NCBI GenBank assembly: GCA_035575095.1
Contig: DATLYF010000126.1
Coordinates: forward strand, 3,230 to 67,229
Length of the DNA: 64,000 bases
From: Candidatus Competibacteraceae bacterium
Lineage (GTDB): Bacteria > Pseudomonadota > Gammaproteobacteria > Competibacterales > Competibacteraceae
Direction: 5' to 3'
A program made the position numbers and the translations under genes. How positions within the stretch are numbered: position 1 is the first letter of the stretch; each line of letters begins with the position of its first letter. This document shows positions 37,259 to 49,611 of the stretch, one piece after another. The notes under the pieces are model-generated. The model saw nothing but the letters and a program-made list of their open reading frames with translations, did not search any database and was not told the DNA's origin.

Positions 37259-37331
37259 TGGGCCCTGAAGGATTCGAACCTTCAACCAAGGGATTATGAG
37301 TCCCCTGCTCTGACCGTTGAGCTAAGGGCCC
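37259..37331 (-). tRNA. ileX: tRNA with anticodon CAU, most likely tRNA-Ile2 (lysidine-modified); CCA not encoded
   Basis: Reverse strand reads GGGCCCTTAGCTCAACGGTCAGAGCAGGGGACTCATAATCCCTTGGTTGAAGGTTCGAATCCTTCAGGGCCCA. It folds as a cloverleaf (7-bp acceptor, GCTC/GAGC D stem, CTCATAA anticodon loop, GAAGG/CCTTC T stem). It is very similar to E. coli ileX as I remember it, which also lies just downstream of rpoD. Confidence 0.88.
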
Positions 37332-37383
37332 GCAAAGGCGGGAGTATAGCGGCGCCGCCATACCCCGCCAAGCCAATGCGGGG

Positions 37384-39243
<1,860 letters not shown>

Positions 39244-39334
39244 GACCTTCCGTTACACCCAAGAGTAAAAACATAGAAATGAACTGGAAAAGATAGCATG
39301 ATTGCTGATCTTTGCCCAAGATTTGCGCAGATTC

Positions 39335-41086
39335 TCAACTGGTCTGACCGCTTCGCCCCAGATTGCGCAGAGCCTCCCGTTCCTCGTCGCTAAGTTCGCC
39401 TGGCCTGCTCTTGCGCAAGGCCCGTTCCACGAGGGGGTTGTTGCGCTGCCGCTCGCCTTCCAGGCGCTGCAGGGCGCCGAGAAACTCCGCCTGATAGAGC
39501 TCTTCCGGAACCTCCGGCTGCCAGCGCGCCAGTTTCTGCAAGGCGGCGCCGGTATCCGTGTCCCGGTAGCGTTCCAGCAGGGCCGCGGCATTCATATGGG
39601 GATGCTGCTGCAATAATTCAATCAGCTCGATCAGCAACGGCAGACCTGGCAGTGCGATGCCGCGCAGCCGCTCCGTGTCGCCGGCCTGTTGCGCCAGTTC
39701 CGGGCGGTTCAGCAACAACGCCATGGCCAGGCGCACCGGCGTGCGGGTAAACATCGCTGCGCGCTGAGGGGCGCCGGACTTGGTCGGTGCGGCACCTAAC
39801 CCCAGACGGCGGGCGATGGCGGTCACCTCGGTTTGAGCCAGTTGCGCCAAGCGCTGCACCATCAGGTCGCGAAACACACTATCAGGTAATTTGGCCAACA
39901 GCGGCCGTGCCAGTTCCACCAGCCGGGCGCGGCCGTCCAGGCTGCCCATGTCCACCTGTCGGCCGAGGCGTTCGAACAGGTAGTCGGACAGCGGCTGGGC
40001 CGCGCCCAGGCGGCGCTCGAAGCCTGCGCGCCCTTCCTGGCGCACCAGGGTGTCGGGGTCCTCGCCTTCCGGCAGGAACAGAAAGCCCGCCTGGCGCCCG
40101 TCGCGGATCTGCGGCAGCACGTTTTCCAGGGCGCGCCAGGCAGCCTCGCGGCCGGCACGATCGCCGTCGAAGCAGAACACGATGTCACGGGTGAGGCGGA
40201 ACAGCTTGTCGATGTGCTCGGCGGTGGTGGCGGTGCCAAGGGTGGCGACGGCGTAGGGGAGGCCGTGCTGGGCCAGGGCCACCACGTCCATATAGCCCTC
40301 CACCACCACCAGTCGGGTGAGCTGGCGCTGGGCCATGCGCGCCTCATATAGGCCGTACAGCTCCCGTCCCTTGTGGAAGATGGGGGTTTCCGGCGAGTTC
40401 AGGTACTTGGGGGTGGCGTCGTCCAGGGTGCGGCCGCCGAAAGCGATGACCCGGCCGCGGCGGTCGCGGATGGGGAACATGATGCGCTCACGGAAGCGGT
40501 CGTAATGACCGCCGCCCGGTTTCTCGATCACCAGCCCCGCCGCCAGCAGGACCTTGAGAGAGAAGCCGCGGGCGGTCAAGGTGCGCAGCAGGTTGTCCCA
40601 GCCCGGGGGCGCGTAGCCGATGCCGAAGGTTCTGGCGATGTCGCCGCTTACCCCGCGCCCGCGCAGATAGTCCACCGCCCGCTGCCGCTCCGGGTGCTCG
40701 CGCAGCTGGCGGCGGAAGAACTGATCGGCCTGTTCCAGCACCGCCAGCAGCTCCTGCTGGGGGTCTGTGTCGCTCTCGGGAGCAGCGGTGTGCGGCAGTT
40801 CCAGCCCGGCCAGCCGCGCCAGTTCCTCCACCGCTTCGGGGAAGGCGAGGCGCTCGTAGTCCATGAGAAAGCTGATGGCGTTGCCGTGGGCGCCGCAGCC
40901 GAAGCAGTGGTAGAACTGCTTGCTCGGGCTGACGGTGAAGGAGGGGGTCTTCTCGCTGTGGAACGGACAGCAGGCGACGAACTCGCGCCCGGCCCGCTTG
41001 AGCGGCACGCGGCTGTCGATCAGCTCGACGATGTCGAGGCGACCGAGCAGGTGATCCAAAAAATCCTGGGGAATGCGGCCGGCCAT
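39335..41086 (-). CDS. dnaG: DNA primase
   Basis: Start at MAGRIPQDFLD. Zinc finger CCPFHSEKTPSFTVSPSKQFYHCFGCGAHG and TOPRIM VVVEGYMDV. Confidence 0.95.
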   Translation of the reverse strand: MAGRIPQDFLDHLLGRLDIVELIDSRVPLKRAGREFVACCPFHSEKTPSFTVSPSKQFYHCFGCGAHGNAISFLMDYERLAFPEAVEELARLAGLELPHTAAPESDTDPQQELLAVLEQADQFFRRQLREHPERQRAVDYLRGRGVSGDIARTFGIGYAPPGWDNLLRTLTARGFSLKVLLAAGLVIEKPGGGHYDRFRERIMFPIRDRRGRVIAFGGRTLDDATPKYLNSPETPIFHKGRELYGLYEARMAQRQLTRLVVVEGYMDVVALAQHGLPYAVATLGTATTAEHIDKLFRLTRDIVFCFDGDRAGREAAWRALENVLPQIRDGRQAGFLFLPEGEDPDTLVRQEGRAGFERRLGAAQPLSDYLFERLGRQVDMGSLDGRARLVELARPLLAKLPDSVFRDLMVQRLAQLAQTEVTAIARRLGLGAAPTKSGAPQRAAMFTRTPVRLAMALLLNRPELAQQAGDTERLRGIALPGLPLLIELIELLQQHPHMNAAALLERYRDTDTGAALQKLARWQPEVPEELYQAEFLGALQRLEGERQRNNPLVERALRKSRPGELSDEEREALRNLGRSGQTS

Positions 41087-41176
41087 GGGGCAAAGCTTAG
41101 GCGATAGCAGGACGAACTGCAGGACCGCACGGGGTGTCCGTGCGGCGCGGCGCATTCACTATGGCCGCCCGCTGGC

Positions 41177-41623
41177 TCAGCCGCCGAGGCGGCTCTTGAT
41201 GCGGGCGCTGACCGCTGCCATATCGGCCCGGCCCTGAGCTTCGGCCTTGACCTTGGCCATGACCTTGCCCATGTCCTTGACGGACTGGGCGCCGGTTGCG
41301 GCGATGGCGGCCGCGATCAGAGCATCCAGCTCGGCGTCGCTCAGCGCGGCGGGCATATAACCCTGGATCACCGCGGCCTCGATGCGCTCCTTGGCCGCCA
41401 GATCCTCGCGTGCGGCGGCCTCGTATTGGGCGATGGACTCGCGGCGCTGTTTGAGCATCTTGTCGAGCACCGCCACCACCTGAGCATCGTCCAGGGTGAT
41501 ACGCTCGTCCACCTCGCGCTGCTTGATGGCGGCCAGGATCAGGCGGATGGCCGCCAGGCGCTCCTTGTCCTGGGCGCGCATGGCGGACTTCATGTCGTCT
41601 TGGATGCGGTCTTTGAGGGACAT
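41177..41623 (-). CDS. GatB/YqeY domain protein
   Basis: Start at MSLKDRIQDDMKSAMRA. It holds the typical YqeY position between rpsU and dnaG. Confidence 0.85.
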   Translation of the reverse strand: MSLKDRIQDDMKSAMRAQDKERLAAIRLILAAIKQREVDERITLDDAQVVAVLDKMLKQRRESIAQYEAAAREDLAAKERIEAAVIQGYMPAALSDAELDALIAAAIAATGAQSVKDMGKVMAKVKAEAQGRADMAAVSARIKSRLGG

Positions 41624-41663
41624 GTGGGGGCCTGTAAACCGCAAAGAGACAAGCCGTGGCCGC

Positions 41664-41879
41664 TCAGTACAGGCGGGTGCGCCGGGCGTTTTCGCGGGCC
41701 AGCTTCTTCAGATGGCGCTTGACGGCAGCGGCGGCCTTGCGCTTACGCTCCTGGGTAGGCTTCTCGTAGAATTCGCGGCGGCGTACCTCGGACAGCACAC
41801 CGGCCTTCTCGCAGGAGCGCTTGAAGCGGCGCAGGGCGATGTCGAACGGCTCGTTCTCTTTGACTTTTACAGAAGGCAT
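41664..41879 (-). CDS. rpsU: 30S ribosomal protein S21
   Basis: 71 aa reading [42 protein letters not shown]. Confidence 0.95.
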   Translation of the reverse strand: MPSVKVKENEPFDIALRRFKRSCEKAGVLSEVRRREFYEKPTQERKRKAAAAVKRHLKKLARENARRTRLY

Positions 41880-42002
41880 TAAACCATCACCTCGGTCTTG
41901 GAAAGTTCAGGGGTGCCAATAAATAAGCTGCTCATTTTAAAAGCTAGTCCAGGCAAATGCAAAACCCTTGCGTTGCCCGGACTCTGACGGGACACTTTAT
42001 TT

Positions 42003-43022
42003 ATGCTAGTACTTGGAATCGAAACTTCCTGCGACGAGACTGGGGTCGCCCTCTACCACGGTGAACGCGGGCTGCTGGCCCACGCTCTGTACAGCCAGGT
42101 GGAGCTACACGCCCAGTACGGCGGGGTGGTGCCGGAGCTGGCCTCGCGCGACCATGTGCGCAAGGCGCTGCCGCTGCTGCGCCAGGTGTTCCGCGACGCC
42201 GGGGTGAGCGCAGCTTCCGTGAATGGGGTCGCCTATACCGCCGGGCCGGGGCTGATCGGCGCGCTACTGGTGGGGGCCTCCCTGGGGCGCACCCTGGCCT
42301 GGACCTGGGGTGTGCCGGCGCTGGGCGTGCACCACATGGAGGGCCATCTGCTGGCGCCCATGCTGGAGGATGAGCCTCCGGCCTTTCCCTTCGTCGCTCT
42401 GCTGGTCTCCGGTGGGCATACCATGCTGGTGGAGGTGAACGGCATCGGCCGCTACCGGCTGCTGGGCGAATCGCTGGACGATGCCGCCGGCGAGGCCTTC
42501 GACAAGACCGCCAAGTTGCTCGGCCTGGGCTATCCCGGCGGACCGGCTCTCGCGAGGCTGGCCGAGCGAGGCGATCCCACGCGCCTCAGCTTTCCGCGGC
42601 CGATGACCGATCGCCCCGGCCTGGACTTCAGCTTCAGCGGCCTTAAGACCTATGCGCTCAACACCCGCCAGGAACTGGGGCCGTCGCCGCGCAACGACGC
42701 CGATGTGGCGCGCGCCTTCGAAGAGGCGGTGGTCGATACCCTGGCCATCAAGTGCCGGCGTGCCCTGCGTCAGACCGGCATCCGCCGCCTGGTGGTGGCG
42801 GGCGGGGTGGGCGCCAACCGCCGCCTGCGCCAGCGGCTGCGCGAGCTGGCCGAGCAGGAGGGCGGGAAAGTCTACTATCCGCGTCTGGAGTTCTGCACCG
42901 ACAATGGCGCCATGATCGCCTATGCCGGCTACCTGCGCCTAGCCGCCGGGCAGTGCGAGGACAGCGCCATCCGCGTGCGCGCCCGCTGGCCGCTAGATAG
43001 CCTGACGCCGCCGGGCGGCTGA
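42003..43022 (+). CDS. tsaD: tRNA N6-adenosine threonylcarbamoyltransferase
   Basis: [16 protein letters not shown] and [10 protein letters not shown]. It is divergent from rpsU, as in many Proteobacteria. Confidence 0.95.
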   Translation: MLVLGIETSCDETGVALYHGERGLLAHALYSQVELHAQYGGVVPELASRDHVRKALPLLRQVFRDAGVSAASVNGVAYTAGPGLIGALLVGASLGRTLAWTWGVPALGVHHMEGHLLAPMLEDEPPAFPFVALLVSGGHTMLVEVNGIGRYRLLGESLDDAAGEAFDKTAKLLGLGYPGGPALARLAERGDPTRLSFPRPMTDRPGLDFSFSGLKTYALNTRQELGPSPRNDADVARAFEEAVVDTLAIKCRRALRQTGIRRLVVAGGVGANRRLRQRLRELAEQEGGKVYYPRLEFCTDNGAMIAYAGYLRLAAGQCEDSAIRVRARWPLDSLTPPGG

Positions 43023-43072
43023 GCCGCAGCCGCAGCTGGCCCGAGACGCGTCCGCCAGCAACCCCTACGACC

Positions 43073-43663
43073 TCAGTCCTTCTTGATTAGCCGGCCTTCC
43101 TCGCCGGCCAACAGACGGCGGATGTTGTCCTTATGGCGCCAGATCAACAGCGCCACCATCACCAGAGTGACCAGCACGTACACCGGTGGCACCCGGAACA
43201 ACCACAGGTACAGGGGCGACAGCACGGATGCCGTGAGCGCGGCCAGGGAGGAGATCTGGGTGAGCTTGGCCACCAGCAGCCAGGTTCCCAGGCAGGCCAG
43301 GGCTACCGGCCAGGACAGACCGAGCAGCACGCCCAAGGCGGTGGCCACGCCCTTGCCGCCCTGGAAGCCGAAGAATACCGGAAAGAGATGGCCGAGGAAG
43401 GCGGCCAGCGCGGTGAGCGCCAGACCCACGGGGTCGACGCCGGCGAGCTTGGCCAGCAGCACCGGGATCAGCCCCTTGAGGAAATCCCCGGCCAGGGTGA
43501 TGACTGCCGCTTTCTTGCCACCGATGCGCAGCACGTTGGTGGCCCCGGGGTTGCGCGAGCCCTGGCTGCGCGGGTCGGGCAGTCCCAGCAGCCGGCAGAC
43601 GATGATGGCGGTGGAGAGAGAGCCGAGCAGATAGCCGAAGGCGACGAACAGGGCAGCGAGCAT
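43073..43663 (-). CDS. plsY: Glycerol-3-phosphate acyltransferase PlsY
   Basis: 196-aa membrane protein with GSRNPGATNV and FQGGKGVAT motifs. Confidence 0.9.
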   Translation of the reverse strand: MLAALFVAFGYLLGSLSTAIIVCRLLGLPDPRSQGSRNPGATNVLRIGGKKAAVITLAGDFLKGLIPVLLAKLAGVDPVGLALTALAAFLGHLFPVFFGFQGGKGVATALGVLLGLSWPVALACLGTWLLVAKLTQISSLAALTASVLSPLYLWLFRVPPVYVLVTLVMVALLIWRHKDNIRRLLAGEEGRLIKKD

Positions 43664-43793
43664 GGTGAATGTGAGGAGGTTGATGGCGTTCGGCCAAACT
43701 TAGCATGGAAGCGTGCCCTTGGCAGGGCTTGCCAAGGCCGGGCAGCGGTGCTACATGGGAACGCTCACCCGCCACGAATTGCCAACGAGCATC

Positions 43794-44150
43794 ATGGACA
43801 TCATCTTCATCCGCGACCTGCGTATCGAGACCGTGATCGGTATCTACGACTGGGAGCGGCAGATCCGCCAGACCGTCAGCATCGACCTGGAACTCGGCGC
43901 CGATATCCGCCGGGCCGCGCACAGCGACAACATCGACGATACCCTGAGCTACAAGACCGTGGCCAAACGCCTCATCCAGTTCGTGGAGAACAGTCAGTTC
44001 CTGCTGGTGGAGGCCCTGGCCGAGCAGATTGCCGAGTTGGTGATGCGTGAGTTCGGTGTGCCCTGGCTCAGGCTCACCCTGAGCAAGCCGGGAGCGGTGC
44101 GCGGCGCGCAGGCGGTGGGGGTGATCATCGAACGCGGGGAGCGGCGTTGA
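43794..44150 (+). CDS. folB: Dihydroneopterin aldolase
   Basis: Start at MDIIFIRDLRIETVIGIYDWER. About 118 aa, followed by folK. Confidence 0.85.
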   Translation: MDIIFIRDLRIETVIGIYDWERQIRQTVSIDLELGADIRRAAHSDNIDDTLSYKTVAKRLIQFVENSQFLLVEALAEQIAELVMREFGVPWLRLTLSKPGAVRGAQAVGVIIERGERR

Positions 44151-44154
44151 AGCC

Positions 44155-44658
44155 ATGGCCCGGGTCTACATCAGCATCGGCAGCAACGTGGAGCCGGCCC
44201 GCAACGTGCGATCCTGCCTGCAGGCGCTGGCCGAGTTGTTCGGAACGCTGACAGTATCGCCGGTGTACCGCAACAAGGCGGTGGGTTTCGAGGGCGACGA
44301 CTTCCTCAATCTGGTGGTGGGAGCCGATACCGAACTCGGGGTGCGGCCGCTGACAGCACGGCTGCGCGAGGTCGAGGTGGCTCACGGGCGCCGCCGCGAC
44401 GCCCCCAAGTTCTCGCCGCGCACTCTGGACCTGGACCTGCTGCTCTACGACGATCTGGTGCTGGAAGCCGGCGGCCTGCAACTGCCGCGCGACGAGATCA
44501 CCCGCTACGCGTTCGTGCTCAAACCCCTGGCCGACATCGCCGGCCAGGAGCGCCATCCCATCTTCGGCCGCAGCTATGCCGAGCTGTGGGCGGAGTTCGA
44601 CCAGTCCGCCCAGCCGCTCACCCCGGTGACGCTGGAGGCAGGGACTGCCTCGGTCTAG
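44155..44658 (+). CDS. folK: 2-amino-4-hydroxy-6-hydroxymethyldihydropteridine diphosphokinase
   Basis: Reads MARVYISIGSN...SPVYRNKAVGF...RTLDLDLLLY..., the HPPK pattern. Confidence 0.9.
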   Translation: MARVYISIGSNVEPARNVRSCLQALAELFGTLTVSPVYRNKAVGFEGDDFLNLVVGADTELGVRPLTARLREVEVAHGRRRDAPKFSPRTLDLDLLLYDDLVLEAGGLQLPRDEITRYAFVLKPLADIAGQERHPIFGRSYAELWAEFDQSAQPLTPVTLEAGTASV

Positions 44659-44694
44659 GCCATCGGCGCGGCCCACACCAAACCCGTTCGAATC

Positions 44695-45558
44695 TCAGGC
44701 GATCAGTCCCAGTCCGCGGCAGATGGCCAGGGTCGGCGCGGCCTGATTCATGGTGTAGAAGTGCAGGCCAGGAGCGCCGCCCTGCAGCAGACGCCGGCAC
44801 AGTTCCGTCACCACCTCCAGGCCGAAGCTGCGGATCGCCGCCAGGTCGTCGCCGTAGCCCTCCAGCCGTTGCCGTATCCAGCGCGGGATCTCCGCCCCGC
44901 ACTGATCGGAGAAGCGCGCCAGTTGCTTGTAGTTGGTGATGGGCATGATGCCCGGTACGATGGGGATGTGGACGCCGCGCCGGGCACAGTCGTCGCGGAA
45001 GCGGAAATAGGCATCCGGGTTGAAGAAGTACTGGGTGATGGCCGCATTGGCGCCGGCTGCCACTTTACGGCAGAAATTCTGCAGATCGCGCTCCGGACTG
45101 CTCGCCTGCGGATGGAACTCCGGGTAGGCGGCCACTTCGATGTGGAAGTGCTCGCCGCAGCTCTCGCGGATGAAGGCCACCAGCTCGTTGGCGTAGCGCA
45201 GCTCGCCGGGGTCGCGCATGCCGCCGGGCAGGTCGCCGCGCAGGGCGACGATGCGACGAATGCCGTGGCTGCGGTAGTACTCCAGGATGGCGTGCACGCT
45301 CTCCCGCGTGGAGGCGATGCAGGTCAGGTGAGGCGCGGCCTCCACCGGGTCCTGCTGGCGGATGTCCATGACCGCCTCGAAAGTGCGGTTGCGGGTGGAG
45401 CCGGCGGCGCCATAGGTCACCGAGTAGTATTCGGGCGCCAGGGCCAGCAGCTGGCGGCGGGTATCGCGTAACTCGGCCGCCGCTTGCGGCGAGTTCGGTG
45501 GGAAGAACTCGCAGCTGAGCAGCGGCTGAGCGTGAGGACGGCTGGCGGGCGCGGACAT
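44695..45558 (-). CDS. metF: Methylenetetrahydrofolate reductase
   Basis: 287 aa reading LSCEFFPP...YSVTYGAAGSTR...HLTC... Confidence 0.9.
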   Translation of the reverse strand: MSAPASRPHAQPLLSCEFFPPNSPQAAAELRDTRRQLLALAPEYYSVTYGAAGSTRNRTFEAVMDIRQQDPVEAAPHLTCIASTRESVHAILEYYRSHGIRRIVALRGDLPGGMRDPGELRYANELVAFIRESCGEHFHIEVAAYPEFHPQASSPERDLQNFCRKVAAGANAAITQYFFNPDAYFRFRDDCARRGVHIPIVPGIMPITNYKQLARFSDQCGAEIPRWIRQRLEGYGDDLAAIRSFGLEVVTELCRRLLQGGAPGLHFYTMNQAAPTLAICRGLGLIA

Positions 45559-45644
45559 GGTAGTGTACTGCGGCGGCTGATCATTACCAGGGATTCTGCG
45601 AATCCCTCAGGCGGCCGTCTATGGAGCATTTTTCCGTGTCAGGT

Positions 45645-45657
45645 TGAATATTATTCA
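45645..45657. promoter_or_regulatory. Candidate MetR box upstream of metF
   Basis: TGAATATTATTCA fits the palindromic TGAA-N5-TTCA MetR consensus. It lies ~90 nt upstream of the metF start and overlaps a 9-bp inverted repeat TCATGATTG-N6-CAATCATGA (45655-45678). Confidence 0.35.
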
Positions 45658-45708
45658 TGATTGTTTCATCAATCATGAAATCCGATAAAGCGCCAGGCGC
45701 AGAGCATG

Positions 45709-45733
45709 AAAAAACCCGCCGGAGTGCGGCGGG
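45709..45733 (-). terminator. Rho-independent terminator after ahcY
   Basis: Reverse strand reads CCCGCCG-cactc-CGGCGGG followed by TTTTTT, ~50 nt after the ahcY stop. Confidence 0.7.
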
Positions 45734-45780
45734 TCGGGTGTGTCGATTCCTGTGTCAGCGGCACAGGGCAGGCAGCGCAC

Positions 45781-47199
45781 TCAGTAGCGATAGTGCTCCG
45801 GCTTGAACGGCCCTTCCTTGGCCACGCCGATGTAGGCGGCCTGCTCGTCGGTGAGTTCGGTGAGCTGGGCGCCGAGCTTCTTCAGATGCAGCCGCGCTAC
45901 CATCTCATCGAGCTTCTTCGGCAAGGTGTAGACGCCGATGGGGTACTGGGCAGTGTTGCTGAACAGCTCGATCTGGGCCAGCACCTGGTTGGTGAAGGAG
46001 TTGGACATGACGAAGCTGGGATGCCCGGTGGCGCAGCCCAGGTTCACCAGCCGTCCCTCGGCCAGCAGGATGATGCGCTTGCCATCGGGGAAGATGATGT
46101 GGTCGACCTGCGGCTTGATGTTCTCCCAGCGGTACTGCCTGAGGCTGGCGACGTCGATCTCGGAGTCGAAGTGCCCGATGTTGCAGACGATGGCCTGATG
46201 CTTCATCGCCTGCATGTGCGCGTGGCTGATGACGCGCACATTGCCGGTGGCGGTAACGAAGATGTCGGCCTTGGCAGCGGCGTAGTCCATGGTCACCACG
46301 CGGTAGCCCTCCATGGCCGCCTGCAGGGCGCAGATCGGATCGATCTCGGTCACCCACACGGTGGCCCCCAGCCCGCGCAGGCTCTGGGCGCAGCCCTTGC
46401 CGACGTCGCCGTAGCCGCAGACCACGGCGATCTTGCCGGCGATCATCACGTCGGTGGCGCGCTTGATGCCGTCGACCAGCGACTCGCGGCAGCCGTACAG
46501 GTTGTCGAACTTGGATTTGGTCACCGAGTCGTTGACGTTGATCGCCGGGAAGCGCAGCCGGCCTTCGGCGGCCATCTGGTAGAGGCGATGCACGCCGGTG
46601 GTGGTTTCTTCGGTGACGCCGCGGATTGCCGCGATGCGGGTCGAATACCAGCCGGGCTCGCTGTCCAGGCGCTTGCCGATGGCGGCGAAGAGGGCGCGCT
46701 CCTCGTCGTTGCCCGGATGGGCGATGACCGAACGATCCTGCTCGGCGCGCGCACCCAGGTGCAGCAGCAGGGTGGCATCGCCGCCGTCGTCCAGAATCAT
46801 GTTGGCGGGCTGCCCTTCGGGCCACTCGAAGATGCGGTGGGTGAACTCCCAGTACTCCTCCAGACTCTCGCCCTTGTAGGCGAACACCGGGGTACCGGCG
46901 GCGGCGATGGCGGCGGCGGCATGGTCCTGGGTCGAGAAGATGTTGCAGGAGGCCCAGCGCACTGCGGCGCCCAGGGCTTGCAGGGTCTCGATCAGCACCG
47001 CCGTCTGGATGGTCATGTGCAGGGAGCCGGCGATGCGGGCGCCTTTAAGCGGCTGCTGCGCGGCGTATTCCTCGCGCACCGCCATGAGGCCGGGCATTTC
47101 GGTCTCGGCGATGGCGATCTCTTTGCGACCCCAGTCGGCCAGGCTGATGTCGGCGACGCGATAGTCGCCGCCGGTGGCGAGTTGCGGGACTGCGCTCAT
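45781..47199 (-). CDS. ahcY: Adenosylhomocysteinase
   Basis: 472 aa reading [17 protein letters not shown], with an NAD fold [15 protein letters not shown]. Confidence 0.97.
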   Translation of the reverse strand: MSAVPQLATGGDYRVADISLADWGRKEIAIAETEMPGLMAVREEYAAQQPLKGARIAGSLHMTIQTAVLIETLQALGAAVRWASCNIFSTQDHAAAAIAAAGTPVFAYKGESLEEYWEFTHRIFEWPEGQPANMILDDGGDATLLLHLGARAEQDRSVIAHPGNDEERALFAAIGKRLDSEPGWYSTRIAAIRGVTEETTTGVHRLYQMAAEGRLRFPAINVNDSVTKSKFDNLYGCRESLVDGIKRATDVMIAGKIAVVCGYGDVGKGCAQSLRGLGATVWVTEIDPICALQAAMEGYRVVTMDYAAAKADIFVTATGNVRVISHAHMQAMKHQAIVCNIGHFDSEIDVASLRQYRWENIKPQVDHIIFPDGKRIILLAEGRLVNLGCATGHPSFVMSNSFTNQVLAQIELFSNTAQYPIGVYTLPKKLDEMVARLHLKKLGAQLTELTDEQAAYIGVAKEGPFKPEHYRY

Positions 47200-47220
47200 G
47201 GCGTTTCTCCATTCCAGGGA

Positions 47221-47300
47221 ATGGGCGCCGTTACCACGGGAAATCCGCCATCCCGAGCCTGACGGCCTGAGCTGGCCGCTGCAGCGCCCCTCGGGATGGC
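47221..47300 (-). promoter_or_regulatory. SAH riboswitch in the ahcY leader
   Basis: Reverse strand reads CCGAGGGGCGCUGCAGCGGCCAGCUCAGGCCGUCAGGCUCGG...UAACGGCGCCC. P1 is CCGAG/CUCGG, the internal hairpin is CGGCC/GGCCG and the pseudoknot is GGGCGC/GCGCCC. This matches the conserved CCGAGGAGCGCUGC...CAGGCUCGG...AACGGCGCUC core of the SAH class and sits in its usual place upstream of ahcY. Confidence 0.7.
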
Positions 47301-47317
47301 GGGCTTGGAGGCCGGGG

Positions 47318-48544
<1,227 letters not shown>

Positions 48545-48755
48545 TCTCGTCCTCGAAACGGCAGTGGAGGAAACCCCAAGGAGAAGACAGGACCAGCCCC
48601 CGGGGCTGGTCAAAGCGGGCAGTTTAACCGCAAACTCAAGCAGTTTCATCTCCATTGGCGGCAAGTCGGTGAGCACCGGCACGCCTTGCACGGGAACAAC
48701 GCCCGCTTGCTCCGGTCCAGCGCTTTGCTATAAGGCGTCTGATAGAGCTGTGGAG

Positions 48756-49322
48756 ATGACGACCATGGTGCTGATGCACACTCCGATCTGTGATTTCGGC
48801 AAGCCTGCCCCCGACTTCGCGCTGCCTGGCGTCGACGGCAAAATCTGGACCCTGGACCAGTGCGCCGGACCCAACGGCGTGCTGGTCATGTTCATCTGCA
48901 ATCATTGCCCTTATGTGAAGGCGGTGCTGGAGCGCATCATCCGCGATACCCGCGAGCTCAAGGGGCACGGGATCGGCTCGGTGGCCATCTCGGCCAACGA
49001 TCCCACGGACTATCCGGAGGACTCGTTCGAGAACATGCGACGCATCGCCCGGGAGAAGGACTTCCCCTTCCCCTACCTGTATGACGAGACCCAGGCGGTG
49101 GCCAAGGCGTATGGAGCGGTGTGCACCCCCGACTTCTTCGGCTACAACGCCCGGCGCGAACTGCAGTATCGCGGCCGCCTCGACGCCAGCGGCCGCGAGC
49201 CGGCTCCGCCCGGCGCCCGCCGCGAGCTGTTCGAAGCCATGCTCCAGATAGCGCGCACCGGCCGGGGGCCGACGGAACAGGTGGCGAGCATGGGCTGTTC
49301 GATCAAGTGGCGCGCGCCTTGA
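48756..49322 (+). CDS. Thioredoxin-fold (redoxin/AhpC-TSA-like) protein
   Basis: Start at MTTMVLM, with APDFALPGVDGKIW...FICNHCPYV (a CxxC-like motif). The upstream part of the listed ORF is antisense to the metK leader. Confidence 0.75.
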   Translation: MTTMVLMHTPICDFGKPAPDFALPGVDGKIWTLDQCAGPNGVLVMFICNHCPYVKAVLERIIRDTRELKGHGIGSVAISANDPTDYPEDSFENMRRIAREKDFPFPYLYDETQAVAKAYGAVCTPDFFGYNARRELQYRGRLDASGREPAPPGARRELFEAMLQIARTGRGPTEQVASMGCSIKWRAP

Positions 49323-49344
49323 ACGGCCGCGCCGCGCCTGCCGG

Positions 49345-49611
49345 CTATTCCAGGCCGTAGTGCTTGAGTTTTTTGCGCAGCGTGCTGCGGTTGATGCCCA
49401 GCACTGCGGCGGCGCGGGTCTGGTTACCGCGGGTGTAATGCAGCACCGTCTCCAGCAGCGGCTGTTCCATCTGCTCCAGCACCAGCTGGTAAAGATTGCT
49501 GGGCAGATCTCCGTCCAGGCGCTGGAAATACTCGTGCAGGGCGCTTTTGACCTGCTCGCGCAGTGGCACGGCGGGGGCGATGGCATCGTCCTGGGCGTCG
49601 GTGGCGGTCAT
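49345..49611 (-). CDS. fis: DNA-binding protein Fis
   Basis: 88 aa with C-terminal [29 protein letters not shown]. It overlaps the dusB stop by 4 nt. Confidence 0.9.
   Translation of the reverse strand: MTATDAQDDAIAPAVPLREQVKSALHEYFQRLDGDLPSNLYQLVLEQMEQPLLETVLHYTRGNQTRAAAVLGINRSTLRKKLKHYGLE

Noticed and set aside
37259-37331. Calling the CAU tRNA an initiator or elongator tRNA-Met
   Set aside because: The sequence lacks the initiator features (a mismatched 1:72 pair, three G-C pairs in the anticodon stem). It closely resembles E. coli ileX, including C4/C5 in the acceptor stem and its position after rpoD. Isotype still needs a covariance-model check.
48545-48755. A possible SAM riboswitch in the metK leader, which contains the palindrome GACCAGCCC-ccg-GGGCTGGTC at 48591-48611
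   Set aside because: I could not match the conserved cores of SAM-I, SAM-II or SAM-V as I remember them. A single hairpin is not enough. Infernal would settle this.
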